This document shows, piece by piece, positions 49,642 through 61,818 of a stretch of 64,000 nucleotides of DNA (position 1 is its first letter; the number at the start of each line of letters is the position of its first letter). The position numbers and the translations under genes were made by a program. The DNA is taken from positions 558,001-622,000 of the forward strand of contig NW_026938921.1 in NCBI RefSeq assembly GCF_032062105.1, written 5' to 3'. This stretch comes from Saccostrea cucullata. Its lineage: Eukaryota. The notes below the pieces were generated by a model. It had not been told where the DNA came from. It made no database searches and saw nothing but the letters and a program-made list of their open reading frames with translations.

Positions 49642-50604
49642 ATGACTCTCAATACGACTGATGACCAAATTCTTATTTTGCAACAAGAAATCATTCCCTT
49701 TCTGATTGGAATGTCAATCACGATGGTGAATTTTCTTGCACTGATAATTTTGGCACGATGTCAGAAAATGAATATGCAGATCAAAGTCATGGCCATGAAT
49801 TTGGCGTTGGTTGACCTAATGACTGGCATGGCCATTCTTCTGGACTCTTTCCTAAGTCCAGTTTTACCAGAGACCATATGCAGACCCCTGACGTACTTAT
49901 ACTGCATCGGAGTCATCGTTTCATTTGCCACAATCACAGGACTTCTTTTGGATCGTTTCTTCGCCATTTACTATCCATTTCGATACCAGATGGTTCACCT
50001 TCATGAAAAGAAATGTTCTGTTATAGTCATCAGTGTTACATGGATCATCGGAATTATCCTATCCGCATTGAATTACGTCGATGGTTTTCGTATTTACAAT
50101 ACACAGACAACTGCTGTATGTGTATCTTACGTTATGTCCGGAAAAATTGGACTTGCAATCGTCACTGTAGTATTTTGTTTTCTTCTCGCTTTTAACATGT
50201 TTCTTTATTTGCTAATGTTCATCAAAATATACAAATTGTCTCGTGCTGTACATCTGAAAGGTACCATGAAGGGGAATCTCTACAATAACCAAGCCAGGGT
50301 TCTCTTTAAATTATCAGCAATCATCGGAAGTTTTCTGTTTCTGTATACACCTCTGATTGTGATTAATATCATTGTCGTCGCCATGGACAACAATATGGTG
50401 GAAACACTTTTGACATGGCAAAGCTTTGCCGGCTTTCTCATTCTCCTGAATTCTTTCCTCAATCCATTTTTATATGTTTGGCGATTCACTGAATGTAGGT
50501 ACACGTTCCTCTCCATGCTTTGCTTTTGCTGCAAATCTCAGAGAGAAAAGTATGAAAATCTCAAGAAAGAGTTTTTTGTTTCTTTTTTACAACCAGAAAC
50601 TTGA
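49642..50604 (+). CDS. Orphan class A GPCR, paralogue 2 (more diverged; single coding exon)
   Basis: 7TM; NLALVDL, ICRP...DRF, ECL2 VCVSY, LYTP, NSFLNPFLY, WRFTECR; N-terminal NTT sequon; probable 5'UTR splice acceptor TTTGGTTTCTATAG at 49613-49626. Confidence 0.95.
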   Translation: MTLNTTDDQILILQQEIIPFLIGMSITMVNFLALIILARCQKMNMQIKVMAMNLALVDLMTGMAILLDSFLSPVLPETICRPLTYLYCIGVIVSFATITGLLLDRFFAIYYPFRYQMVHLHEKKCSVIVISVTWIIGIILSALNYVDGFRIYNTQTTAVCVSYVMSGKIGLAIVTVVFCFLLAFNMFLYLLMFIKIYKLSRAVHLKGTMKGNLYNNQARVLFKLSAIIGSFLFLYTPLIVINIIVVAMDNNMVETLLTWQSFAGFLILLNSFLNPFLYVWRFTECRYTFLSMLCFCCKSQREKYENLKKEFFVSFLQPET

Positions 50605-51644
50605 AAAACATTATAAGTATAACCAGACCTTTTCAATGTTGTTTCGTGAGAGAAAAAACAAAAGCATTCGATTGGAGACAAAAGATGTACCTTTGATGTT
50701 CGTTTCGAAATGGAAAATGCACAAACAAGAACAATACCTTGCTTTGCAAAAACTTTAAAATAGTCAAAGGATAAACCTTTATAACATTGTGTTATATAGA
50801 AAAGGTGGAGATAAATGATTTCAGATTATTTAGATTGTTAATTGTATTTGTAATTGTATCTGAAAATAAAAAGTGTACGTTATACATTTTAGCCTTTTCT
50901 TAAAGATTATTTATCAAAATTCTAGTTATGTTACTTAGTTGGTATAAGCTTGCCAAGGAGACTGCGCTCGTTTTTTGCTCAGGGCAGGCGAAATAAGAAC
51001 ACCGGTGTAAGTATGAATAATTTAATTTATTTTGTGAATGACGAAAAGATATATACAAAACAGGGGGTAATTCATAAACATATAACCATAGTAATAATAC
51101 ATTTGGTGATGAACACAATCATGACCCCCTATAGTACTACATATGAAATTATATATCTACACAAATCGACAGATAGGGGCCAATGGACTTGAGATATTAT
51201 CCAACACATGTACAAAAAATACATGACATACCCCTTACTGTAAACAAATGTGTAAAAAAAAAAAGAATAGGAGCATCAATAAACTGTCTGCCCACAAAAA
51301 AGGTGGAAATTTTTGATGAGTTCAATATATGATACACCGATTCTTTTCCATTGAAAATTTGTAAACATTTGCTTATAACATCATCATTTTGTAGAAACAG
51401 TGTCTAGATTCACAAAAAAATCATTTAGCTGGTTCGAATTCTATCTTAAGAAAGATGGGATTGATAAATTTGCTTGTTTGTTCTATAAAAATGCTTCATA
51501 TATTGCACTTGTGTATGATTATAATAAACATTATAATTGTAGTTCAAAATGTCAAACAAATGAGAAATATGAGAAAAATATGAATAAAAAGAAATCGTAA
51601 TCAAAATAAGGTTGCAGTATAGTAAGTAATTGTAACTTAAAATA

Positions 51645-51800
51645 AGGGCGGGTATGACTGGTCGGCAGCGGATGCTCAATCCTCCATGGCACCTGATCCC
51701 ACCTCTAATGTTTTGGAGGTCCGTATTTGCTCTACTCCTATCTTGTAATATTTAATGGACTTTGAGCTCGAATTCTGTTCGTTATAATCTCCACATATTT
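51645..51800 (+). mobile_element. Short retroposon tail (GGCGGGTGTGACCGGTC..GGATGCT.ACTCCTCC..GGCACCTGATCCCACCTC family; Penelope-tail-derived by inference)
   Basis: Other copies at 60055-60255 (+), 48855-48970 (+, partial), 46318-46440 (-), 32300-32820 (-) and 35395-35800 (-). Confidence 0.75.
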
Positions 51801-53899
51801 TATTATACGAATGTATAAAAATTAGAATTGTGCAGTTTTGGTGTAAAGACAAATAATCAAATTTGAAGAGTAATGACTAAGATTAATTTTTACATAGAAC
51901 AATGATTCTCGAGAAAAATTTGTTCAATTTTAGAAAAAGAGCTCTAAATAAGCTTTCTGCCGGAAAAGGAAATTACGACCATTGTAGAAAAAATCCCTTC
52001 CCCAACAGAATGATTCAAACTTCTGAAGGAGGTTGGTGCTGAGCTTAAATTTAATTTTCAAGAGAATAACCGGTATATCATGGAGATTTTAATAACGTAG
52101 CAACTGCAGAAATAAGAAATCTGACTCGACTATGTATATCATACATGTATATTGCAATTGTAATGCAGAGGCTGACCTATTCTTTTGTCCTCCCCAGTCC
52201 CAGAGAGAGAGAGAGAGAGAGAGAGAGATGGTGTGCCGTTAACGATTTACTTGTTCTAGTGTGAATTTCGATGGAAGAATGTCATATGAATTGCTAATAA
52301 AAGACCCCGAATAAAGGAGGACCTCTGCAAGAAGGAAACCTCATTTACTGAATAGGAAACAGTAACTTAGCTTGTTTCAAATTTACCAACAAAATACATC
52401 AGAAAGAAACAGAGACTTAGTCACTCATCTCATTTGTCAACAGCATGTCTTGATAAGTAAATTATCAAGTGTCATATTTACTGCCCTTTATTTCGCCAGG
52501 AATAGCAATGGAAATGATTTTTAAGCGTTCTCTGCGTAAAAAAATAATAAAAAAATTATTATGTAGCATATTATTTTTTTCTTTAATGGAGTGTTATCCT
52601 CGATTTGACTTTGAAATTCCGCTACTTAAATAATTCCTTTAAATTATAAAATGATTCTTTTAAAATTAATATTCATTTTCGAGATGGGCAATTTGATTTT
52701 TTAAGGAGAATTTCAAATTAGAAATTCTCATATAATCTTACAGGTAGGATTCACGTAAAACAAAAATGGCTTAGAAATCTGCATGTCGGTAATAATAAAT
52801 TGTATGTTATAAGCTGTTTTCAAGTAAAGTGAGGATTTTTCAATGCCTAATGGCAACTTTTAAGTGAGAGATTTAGCTCTCACAGTGTTTACATAGACAT
52901 GTACATGTACATTTATTATAAAAATAAAGCAAAGTATATCATATTGAAATAAATATAAGTTTGACAAAAATTAACACTTCATTAAATTAAGCATTAGAAA
53001 AAAGCATATTAAATGATGTTAGAGTATTTAAGAATACTAGCAAATACATGGAATAATTCTAAAACAATAAATTACCCTCAATTTAGTCAGGGCTAAAAAG
53101 AAACGCTTTACTAATTTCACAACACGTTATCAGTTCACTTTTTTTTGTGTAATAACATTTAACACCCATGATAACATTTAAATACTATACACAGCATGCT
53201 TTTAATGAAATATAAGACGAAGCTTCAGACGATTGGTATGGAGATGATCAATTTGAGCTTTAATATATAAAAAAAATACAATGGTGTTCGATAAAAAATT
53301 CCAGGGGTCCAAAGGAATATCGTTATTAACAGAAGGGCAATCGTTCGAATTCGTGAAGCAGGTGTGACAATTTAAGAAAGAGAAATCTGTACTTGGTGTA
53401 CATGTATTTGTTGGGCTGAATTACAGATTTGTGAAACTACTGAAATTACAGCGACATGATTTCTTTATTCACAATTATGTTGACAGGGTGTTCCTGTTGT
53501 CTGCAAACTTGTTGGAATCGTTTACAAGAAATTCATGAAAAACACCAGGACAGATCTACAGTTCTTGGCTTTGAAAAAAATGTTTGTTATACTTTATTCC
53601 CTAATCATGAAACTACTGAAATTACACCTTGAACATTAATTCACACTAATTGAAATACATTTTGCATAAAACAAAGCTCTTGTGTTTTTAGAATATTTAT
53701 TGTATTTATATGACAGATATGAGAAACACCAGGGCAATCCTTTTAGACATTGAAATAATTATTCAAAAGGTAAGACACTTGTGTAAGTTATACTCTTGAT
53801 GAATAGCAATTATTTGTCCCGTACATATCCGTCTGTCTGTAAAAATTCTCAAGTTGACCAACAAAACCTCAAAATAACCCCTCCTTCATATTCCTTAAA

Positions 53900-54239
53900 C
53901 CGCTCACGGTAGTTCAGTCTGTAAAGCGCTTGCTCCGTGATCAGGAGGTTGTGAGTTCGAATCTCGGTCGCAGCTGACTTAAATCAATGAAAAATAGGTA
54001 GCAACTGTTCCTTCGCCATGCGCTCGGCACTTTGAAGTGAAAGTTGCGGGTCCTTCAGATGAGACCTTACAATCCGAGGCCCCATTTTACGGAAGGCGTT
54101 GGCAAGATAAATATCTCTCACTCGCAATGGCCCTGGGTACCGAATGAAGGTCAAAAGTTGAAGCCTTTCACCGGTGCATGGTGACGTCTCTAAGTGAGTG
54201 AAATATTCTTAAATGGGACGTTAAACATCAATCAATCAA
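53900..54239 (+). mobile_element. tRNA-derived V-SINE, full length, with 14-bp TSD
   Basis: A box GGTAGTTCAGTCTG, B box GAGTTCGAATC, V-domain CCTTCAGATGAGACCTTACAATCCGAGG, (CAAT)n tail; TSD TCATATTCCTTAAA at 53886-53899 and 54240-54253. Confidence 0.9.
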
Positions 54240-55410
54240 TCATATTCCTTAAAAAATCTTTCAAAAAGAACCAACTTTTATATTTTTTTTACATTGCCAT
54301 ATGTTCTGGATCAAAAACAATATACTAACCAAAAAGCACAATTTGCTGTAAACTGTTTTGAATTCTGTCCTTTTATGTGATAAAATATACAAGCTTCAGA
54401 TATCCTATTATTTGTTACTGAACAACTTACATTTACAAAATCAGTTGAATGAGTGAATTCTACATGGAAATTATGGCAAATTAGTTTTAGTCCTCCACTT
54501 AGTTGATGTGAGTTATTAAAAAATAATCACTGGAATCGTAAGTGTTATTGCCCCACACATACTGCATAAATAAAGATATTTCACAAAGTAATCTTTTTTA
54601 TTTTGGCTCATAGGGAAAAAATTATTAAAAGAGGTGAATTTATATGAAAATATATATTTATAATATATAATTATTTACTCAGAAATAGAAATAAAGAATC
54701 CGATACAAACGTTTGAAGAAAAATATTCATTTTAAAAAAAAAGGACTCTCATAGAAAGAAAATCATAGAAAGATAAATGTACATAGGGTGATTACATAGT
54801 ACAATAAAGAGAAAAATAAAGGTATACAATATATAATTACAAAACGTATTTAAATTTTTTGTCATTGTATTGCAATATATTGAAATATCGATATTATTGC
54901 CCAGCCCTAATAAGGAGAAAAATAAAGGAAATAATTAACGTTAAATTTAGAGATGACGAACAGAAATCAATCTCAGAGAGTTCTTTTTGATACATTTCAG
55001 CTAGCTTATATTTTCAAAATCATTTTTTGTCAACGTTAAATCCTTTAACCTTGACATGTAATCTAAGTAGTTATGCCGTCGACATACATGTAAATGCTGT
55101 TGTTGATTGAGTTAGTGTACCTAAAAAAGTGAAATTTTCCATAAGATATTGCTTAGTACCAATTTACAGGAAACAAACAACGTAATAGATCTGTTTCAAA
55201 TTTACGTATAAAGGATAGTCATATTAACATGATTTTCTTTAAATACCAAATTGTAAATGAAAAACAATGAGCAACATATGATTTGTCTCAAATGGCCCCT
55301 TTAAAGAAATTACAAGCTACTCTTTTGAAAAAGATATAGGTGAGCTAGCGCCGTAGCAATTTTTAAACACATAAAAGAAGGTTTAGTGACCAACTGATTT
55401 ATTATGTTGA

Positions 55411-55585
55411 ATTCTTTAAATAATAAAATGCTTTCTTTGTTTGTTAGTTCGGGAATTAATGTCGCAGCTATTGCAGAAAAAATACCATAACCCGCGTAAG
55501 TGGGTTATGTAATTTTTTCTGCTATTACTGCGACATTTAAATTCCCGTACTTACAAACAAAGAAAGTATTTTATTGTTTATATTT
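55411..55585. repeat. ~170-bp near-perfect hairpin (end of a Crypton-like non-autonomous element, inference)
   Basis: AATAAAATGCTTTCTTTGTTTGTTAGTTCGGGAAT...CATAACCCGC-GTAA-GTGGGTTATG...ATTCCCGTACTTACAAACAAAGAAAGTATTTTATT. Confidence 0.75.
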
Positions 55586-56435
55586 ACATCTGTATTAAAA
55601 ATAATTTAAAGTAAAATGAATTTACATGTTAACTTTTTTTTTAAGATGAATATGTCGTTATATGTAGAACTGACGGAACAGTCATTGTTCAAGAAAAATA
55701 CACACGTGGCTTGTTCAGTGTTGTTCATGCACTGATTAATGGCAATGGTCTTCATATATTCAGTGGATGTAAATATTTAATGTTTAACGAGGCTGGAGTC
55801 TGATAGTTCGAGTTAAAATTTCTGTATATTTTATAGAATTAAAATCATATACCGGTAAGTGTGGAAATGCACTGTATCAATCGCTTAACGTGTCTTGCCA
55901 ACAAAAGTCGAAAAAAGAGACTTTTTAATGAGGTTGACGGCATTATCCAGGAAGGTGGTACATGTATATATAACTCGCAAGCTATAGATGTCTAGAATCA
56001 TTTCTTGTGTTGCCAACTTTAACGTGAAAGTTACACAAGAAATAAAAAACTTCAGAATCAAACAGAAAAGCCAGTGTTATTCAATGACACAACAAAATTG
56101 TTATCGTACAGTCTATCTCTATAGTAGTTTTCACAGCTAGACCGTGAAGTTTTTCCAGAAAGCCCGACTGTGAAGCCAAGCATACGTATTCCAGAAATAT
56201 GGACTAATGTAGTTGCTAGCGCTCGAGAGCGCTAGGAAATATCTTTATTTCACTATATAAATAACTTTATTTTGAATAGCTATACATGAGACCTTTATTA
56301 GTATTTTTCAATTTGATCAAAATGTCATTGATGTAGAAATATGGCATCATAAAGCTCACGTTTCCCAACATTTTTAAGATACATGTATTTGGTATTAAAC
56401 TGTTTATTATCAAACAGTAATTCTTCCAGAAAAAT

Positions 56436-56779
56436 ACCGTTCACGGTAGCCCAATCGGTGAGTGCTCGCCCTGTGATCGGGAGATCGTGAGTTCGAATCT
56501 CGGCCGCGACTAACTTAGATCGATAAAAGATGAGTAGCATCTGTTCCTTTGCCATGCGCTTGGCATTTGGAGTGAATGTTGCTGGTCCTTCAGATGAAAC
56601 CTTAAAAACCAAGGTCTCGAGTTACGGCAGGCGTTGGTCGATTCCTCACTGTTCAATGGCCCTGAGTGCCGTAAAGGTAAACATTTGAAGCCCTTAACTG
56701 GTATATGGTTACGTCTTTACATATACTTGAGTGAAAAATTCTCGAATGGGACGTTAAACAACATACATCAATCAATCAA
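56436..56779 (+). mobile_element. tRNA-derived V-SINE, full length
   Basis: Colinear with 53900-54239; degenerate TSD TCTTCCAGAAAAAT/TCTTCTAACAAAAAT. Confidence 0.9.
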
Positions 56780-57361
56780 TCTTCTAACAAAAATTGAACG
56801 TAGACTTGAGCACGAATTATTTTTCCAAGAATAATTATTGAGAGAAACAATGTGCATGTTCAACGCCGCGCATTATATTTCCCATTAAAAATAAATCAAG
56901 AAAAAGGCATTTGGGGTGGGGGTGTTGATGCAAAAATTGCATTATTTCTGGATTCATTTACAGCCACTTAGTGCATATAAATCTGATCCATGTACATATA
57001 TCAGAAACATTTCTACATATATGAATATCATTCTAAAATATTGATATTTAAGGGGCCAACATTGACTCTTTTCATATAAAGTCCTTTAAAAAGGTACTAA
57101 GTAATTGGTGTTACATAAAAAAGTATAACTACCTTATGTTGCCTATATGTACTTTAAAAAAAAGTAATGTCGACCTCTTTTTTTATTCGGAAAGAAAAAT
57201 ACCTATGCAGATGGACTTTTTTTATAAAGTTGCAAGAAAATTAAACTTTAGGATTCACGATTTATTTTTGTAAACGATTTATTATTATTATTATTATTAA
57301 CATAATTATTAAGTTTACAGGAATATCCCAAGCAAAGTCAGTGCTAAATCTATAGACCTTG

Positions 57362-58372
57362 TGTAACGTTTCCGCCTGTTCCAGCTGGTTTGTTACAATG
57401 AAAATAAATTATTGTGGGTCTCCTGTTTCTGAATTTTACCCTTTAACTCTAAATGAAAAGTCAGGTTGCAAATTTATAAAATTTATTATGGTGCAAACAA
57501 TGAATAACAAATAACAATAAGATAATTTGGCAATTAGGCAATAATAAATTATGGGTTACCGGACAATAAAAAGGTATCCGGCTCTACCGGGTTACCCGGA
57601 TGAATTTATAAACAATGAATCAATTGGGTATGGATCTGCCGGGATTGGCATCAATGAATCAATTGGGTATGGATCAGCAGGGATTGGCATCAATGAATCA
57701 ATTGGGTATGGATCTGCCAGGGATTGGCATCAATGAATCAATTGGGTATGGATCTGCCGGGCTTGGCAGATTGGGTTTATTTACCCAATATGGGGGCATC
57801 AGATTTTACCCACTTCTGGGGAGTTGGGATTCTTAGAGCTGGTCAGATGTTGATGAGTCTGACCAACGTCCCAGACTGAAGAAAAAGTCCAAAGTGCCTT
57901 CTTTATATACCTTTTCATCACTAGGGCCGAATTAGTTCACGTGCGAATAACCAGCGGTACCGCCAGTATTCGCGCGACGTTTGTATGGTAACACAAACAA
58001 CTTTTGCATCAAGTAAAGGCTTTATCATTACAAATGCGGGAAAAAGGATGATCTGATGTTTGGGAATTGTTTTGGTAACGATGCCAAGATGGATTTGGGT
58101 ACCTTGATCGAATAACAATGCCAGACGGCCATTTGCTATTACGATTGGGCTGGTATATGGAGGAAATTCGGGTTTGTACATTACAACGAAAGGATATCCA
58201 TGAAATAAACATATACAATGAATTAAAAAGCATACATTAATGACATACGATGATTGGTAATATTCCCATGATATCTTCAAATAAATTACGATACGTAGAT
58301 AAAATATTCAGGGCATAAATTGGGGTGATCCAATATGTGGGTTATTTTGGGTCATGGGGAAAATCCGTAACA
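57362..58372 (-). mobile_element. Solo LTR (Gypsy-like) with an internal 39-bp minisatellite
   Basis: TGTAACG...CGTAACA termini, 4-bp TSD CTTG, minus-strand TATA (GGTATATAAAG at ~57901-57911); CAATGAATCAATTGGGTATGGATCTGCCGGGATTGGCAT x4 at 57614-57770. Confidence 0.8.
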
Positions 58373-58397
58373 CTTGCAACTGATTTTTTTTTTCATC

Positions 58398-58670
58398 GGG
58401 ATTCCATACCTGAATAAACTAGTAAATATACGTTGCGGGTTCGCATCCCACTGTGTGATTGGAACCAAGTCCTTCGGATGAGACCGTATAAACCGAGGTC
58501 CCGTGTCGCAGTAGGTGCTGGCACGAAAAAGATCACCCACTGCGCGCCCAATGGTCGTAAATGTCGAACATAGAACAAAGTAAAAGTTGCAGCTCTCCAG
58601 CGGCAAGTGGTGGCATCTCCATATGAGTGAAAAATTCTCGAGAAGGTTGTTAAACAATAAGCAATCATCA
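58398..58670 (+). mobile_element. V-SINE, second subfamily (no extra domain between head and V-domain)
   Basis: GGGTTCGCATCCC B box, CCTTCGGATGAGACCGTATAAACCGAGGTCCCGTG, shared 3' tail. Confidence 0.85.
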
Positions 58671-60054
58671 ACATTTTCTTTTGATAAGCGATACAACAAT
58701 ACACTAATACTAAATTAATACTTTCTGCATACTTATCCATGATCTACATAATATAAAGTCCATTTTCATGTTCCAGCATGTTTTGTCATGGACAGTCATT
58801 GGATTGGACAATTGTTCTCTGTAAGCGACTATGTGCGAAATAATAAATATAGCCATATAAGGAAGATTCCTCGGACATGCGTAGCCATCTATTCTTTTAA
58901 GACCCGTTCATTCTATTCATCTTTATTCATAAAAAAAAACATACGGTAAATTTAAACAGGCCGAATTTTGTTATCAAAGTGTGCAAAAAATTCATGGACA
59001 ATGCAATATTCTCCAGCATTATTAGCAATAGACAATCGACACAGAAGGTGTCAATTTCCTTCACTTTCCTTTGAGAATAACGAGAATGGTTGTAGATTCC
59101 ATATAATTCATCGTAGAAAAGAGGCCCAAGACCATAGTTTTGTCACTTGATCATTTATTGAATCATCAAAGTTTTAATATTAGAATGATTTTTTAAAGTG
59201 CCTGACATTTAACTTAGCCATATCTTTAAATGAAATTTCTTAGCCTCCAAGTATTTAATCCTAATTTCATTTTTTTTAAATCACGCTCCTGAAGAAAAGA
59301 GTTGCTAAAAAGATTTTTTATTGAACAATTCGTCATCAAATAAAATCAATATCTATTTTCTTTTGTATTCAAATATCATCTCATAACATAACAAGCCATA
59401 CAATTAAAAAAAACCTTAATGATCATATTTATTTCTTTATATTTGACGCTCGTGTTAAACAGTTACGTGCTGGTATTGCCTAATATATCCCTTGATCAAT
59501 GGATTTGGAATAAATCAAACTAGAATGGCTGATTTAAAATGCCTGCGTGTTATTCTTACACTCTATAACTGAATATTTTCCCCCATTTGGTTCGGAATAA
59601 CTTTTACTCGTTAGTCTTAAATAAGATACTTTGACTTTTCCCTTATCATAAACTGTTTATGATGAGTTTAGACAAAACATTCAAGCATAGCGTATCAGAT
59701 CGTATTATTATTTGAGAGAAAAGTAAACATATTTTAGAATTGACGGTTGCTTCAAATATGATATGCAGATTTGTTTTCATCTGAGAGAAAAGATAATATA
59801 AACAAATTGAAACTTTCTTTCAGTCAAAAGTAATGATCACTGTAAATAATTTATTTAATTGTCATTTTGTGTAAAATGCTTCTCAATGGCAAAACGTCAT
59901 TTTTTTTCCCAGATGTGTTCTTTTTCTGACGATTTGTGAGCTAAGATTATCGTTACGAATTCTTGTTTGTGTATTTGTCGCATTTTATTTCTTTTGTTTT
60001 CATGCTGACTGACTTTTTCAAACTGATCTTTACGCCATTATTTATACACTGAGT

Positions 60055-60255
60055 TGTCCACGGATTTTCCCTCTATTTTCTGATCATGACAAGGAGCAAA
60101 TGGCGTGTGTGACCGGTCGGCAGAGGATGCTCACTCCTCCATGACACCTGATCCCATCTCTGATGTTTCGGGGGTCTGTATTTGCTTCGCTCCTGTTTTG
60201 TAATGTTTAATGGACTTTTGACCTCGAATACTGTTCATTATCTCCACGCATTTAA
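60055..60255 (+). mobile_element. Short retroposon tail, same family as 51645-51800
   Basis: GGCGTGTGTGACCGGTCGGCAGAGGATGCTCACTCCTCCATGACACCTGATCCCATCTC. Confidence 0.75.
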
Positions 60256-60528
60256 TTGAAAATATTAGAGAAAAAGAGCAATCTTCCAAAATAAAATAAG
60301 AGGCAAGTATTCGAGATAAATTTCTTTGTTTCCTTGAAAAATAAACTAAACTTTTCCATATTTTAAATTAACAATAAAATGCAGGAAACAGGTGTCTAGA
60401 CAGAATTCAATACTAGGAAAGTGCCTAATGAAACTTATGGAATATAATTTAGATATTTTCTACACAATTACCCATCGGTGCTGTGGTGAACGTAGCCATG
60501 TAAAGAGAACTTTCCAGGAGCCCCTTAA

Positions 60529-61120
60529 GGTAGTCCGATCCGCAGGTTCATAAAATTAACATTTAAGTAATTGAAAATGCTCATAAAATATCTATGAATT
60601 CACAAATTAATTTATATTTACCCAAAAATAATTTAATTCTGGTTGTAACGCTGTATTTGATTGGATAAAAAATTTACTTTACATTGTATAAAATAGGTTG
60701 ACTACGTCACAATGACTTACGTCAAAAACGTATCAATCCGCCTGACGTTACATTCAAATTTGAACAAATTGATGTCATTTTGTTAGAACAATCCTATTTT
60801 TTTCGTACATCAGATGAATGAAAATTAAATTATAAGGAATGAATTTAATAGCTACCCATTTTATACGGTATTAACTGGGTTGGAACAGTTTACGTTTTTT
60901 TATAAAACGCTTCGCGGTTTATAAAGCGTAAATTGCCCCAACCCAGTTTATACCGTATAAAATGGGTAGCTATTAAATTCATTTCTTAAGTATTTCTTCA
61001 AAGTTTATCATTATATTTAATCGTATTATATTGGAAAAAATATCAAATCTCCATGGAGAGTATAAAACAAAAACATAAACTATGCATTTTCTAGATGGAA
61101 ATGGTCAACAAATACATTTT
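60529..61120 (+). mobile_element. Truncated copy of the 2427-3040 MITE, interrupted by a hairpin-ended element (~60595-60990)
   Basis: TTAAGGTAGTCCGATCC.CAGGTT start; similarity resumes at 60991 (TATTTCTT.AAAGT...TCAAATCTCCA); the insert ends in a ~157-bp hairpin at 60833-60989. Confidence 0.75.
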
Positions 61121-61818
61121 ATATTTATATTATAAAATACATTGTACAAAAACTTGTGCTATCTTTGCAAGGCATCACTGATCACCTCTACATGTAGTTT
61201 CATATCCACTTGCTAATTATGCATTAGTATTTATGACTGCAATGATTTAAATTTATTGGTGATTCATCCAGTACTATCAACTAACTTGCCAAATTAAAAA
61301 GCAAATTTTAAAAGTTCATTCATATAAAAATTAAAACTTAATATGCCAAATAGATAATGAGTTATAACAGAATGCAGAAAATCGGCAAAAGTATTTAAAT
61401 GGCGTCATTGTGCTGAGTCAATAAATCTTTCCAATGCAAGAAATTCTCAGACCTGGTGCACAGATTTTCCGTGTAATGAGCCTGGACTCATTTGTTTGAA
61501 TATTCCGACTTCTCGTGTTGTTTGGGATATGATTTATAAATTGTTACCTTTAAAATGATCCTACTGATAAAATTCAATGTGGTTGAACCCAACCGAGTGC
61601 TAAGGTGTGGATACCAACTGTTTTTGGATTTGAAAAAGAAAATTCATCCTCAAAACATTTGTTTTTTGCAGTCCAAGGTGTAAGATTCAACTCACATTTG
61701 TATAAACGGATCATCATATACGATGAGATTTGAATAATTTGATTCTATGAGACATCACTAGATGCTGGGATCTTTATATATAAATTGACAACGTTATTCT
61801 GGATAATACATTTTCAAG

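Noticed and set aside
6530-49670. Hammerhead ribozyme cores (CTGATGA at ~6537, 6953, 41718, 42113, 49658)
   Set aside because: No stem II followed by GAAA with compatible stems I/III could be drawn by eye.
53900-53975. tRNA genes (also 31141-31226, 56437-56510, 63733-63815)
   Set aside because: A and B boxes are present but acceptor and anticodon stems are not intact; these are SINE heads or MITE-internal sequence.
54860-54910. hAT-like right end (ATATCGATATTATTGCCCAGCCCTA)
   Set aside because: No matching left TIR or TSD found; too little to define an element.
57551-57836. Repetitive peptide ORFs (MNQLGMDLPGLAS / INESIGYGSAGIG)
   Set aside because: Products of the 39-bp repeat inside a solo LTR; no independent coding evidence.
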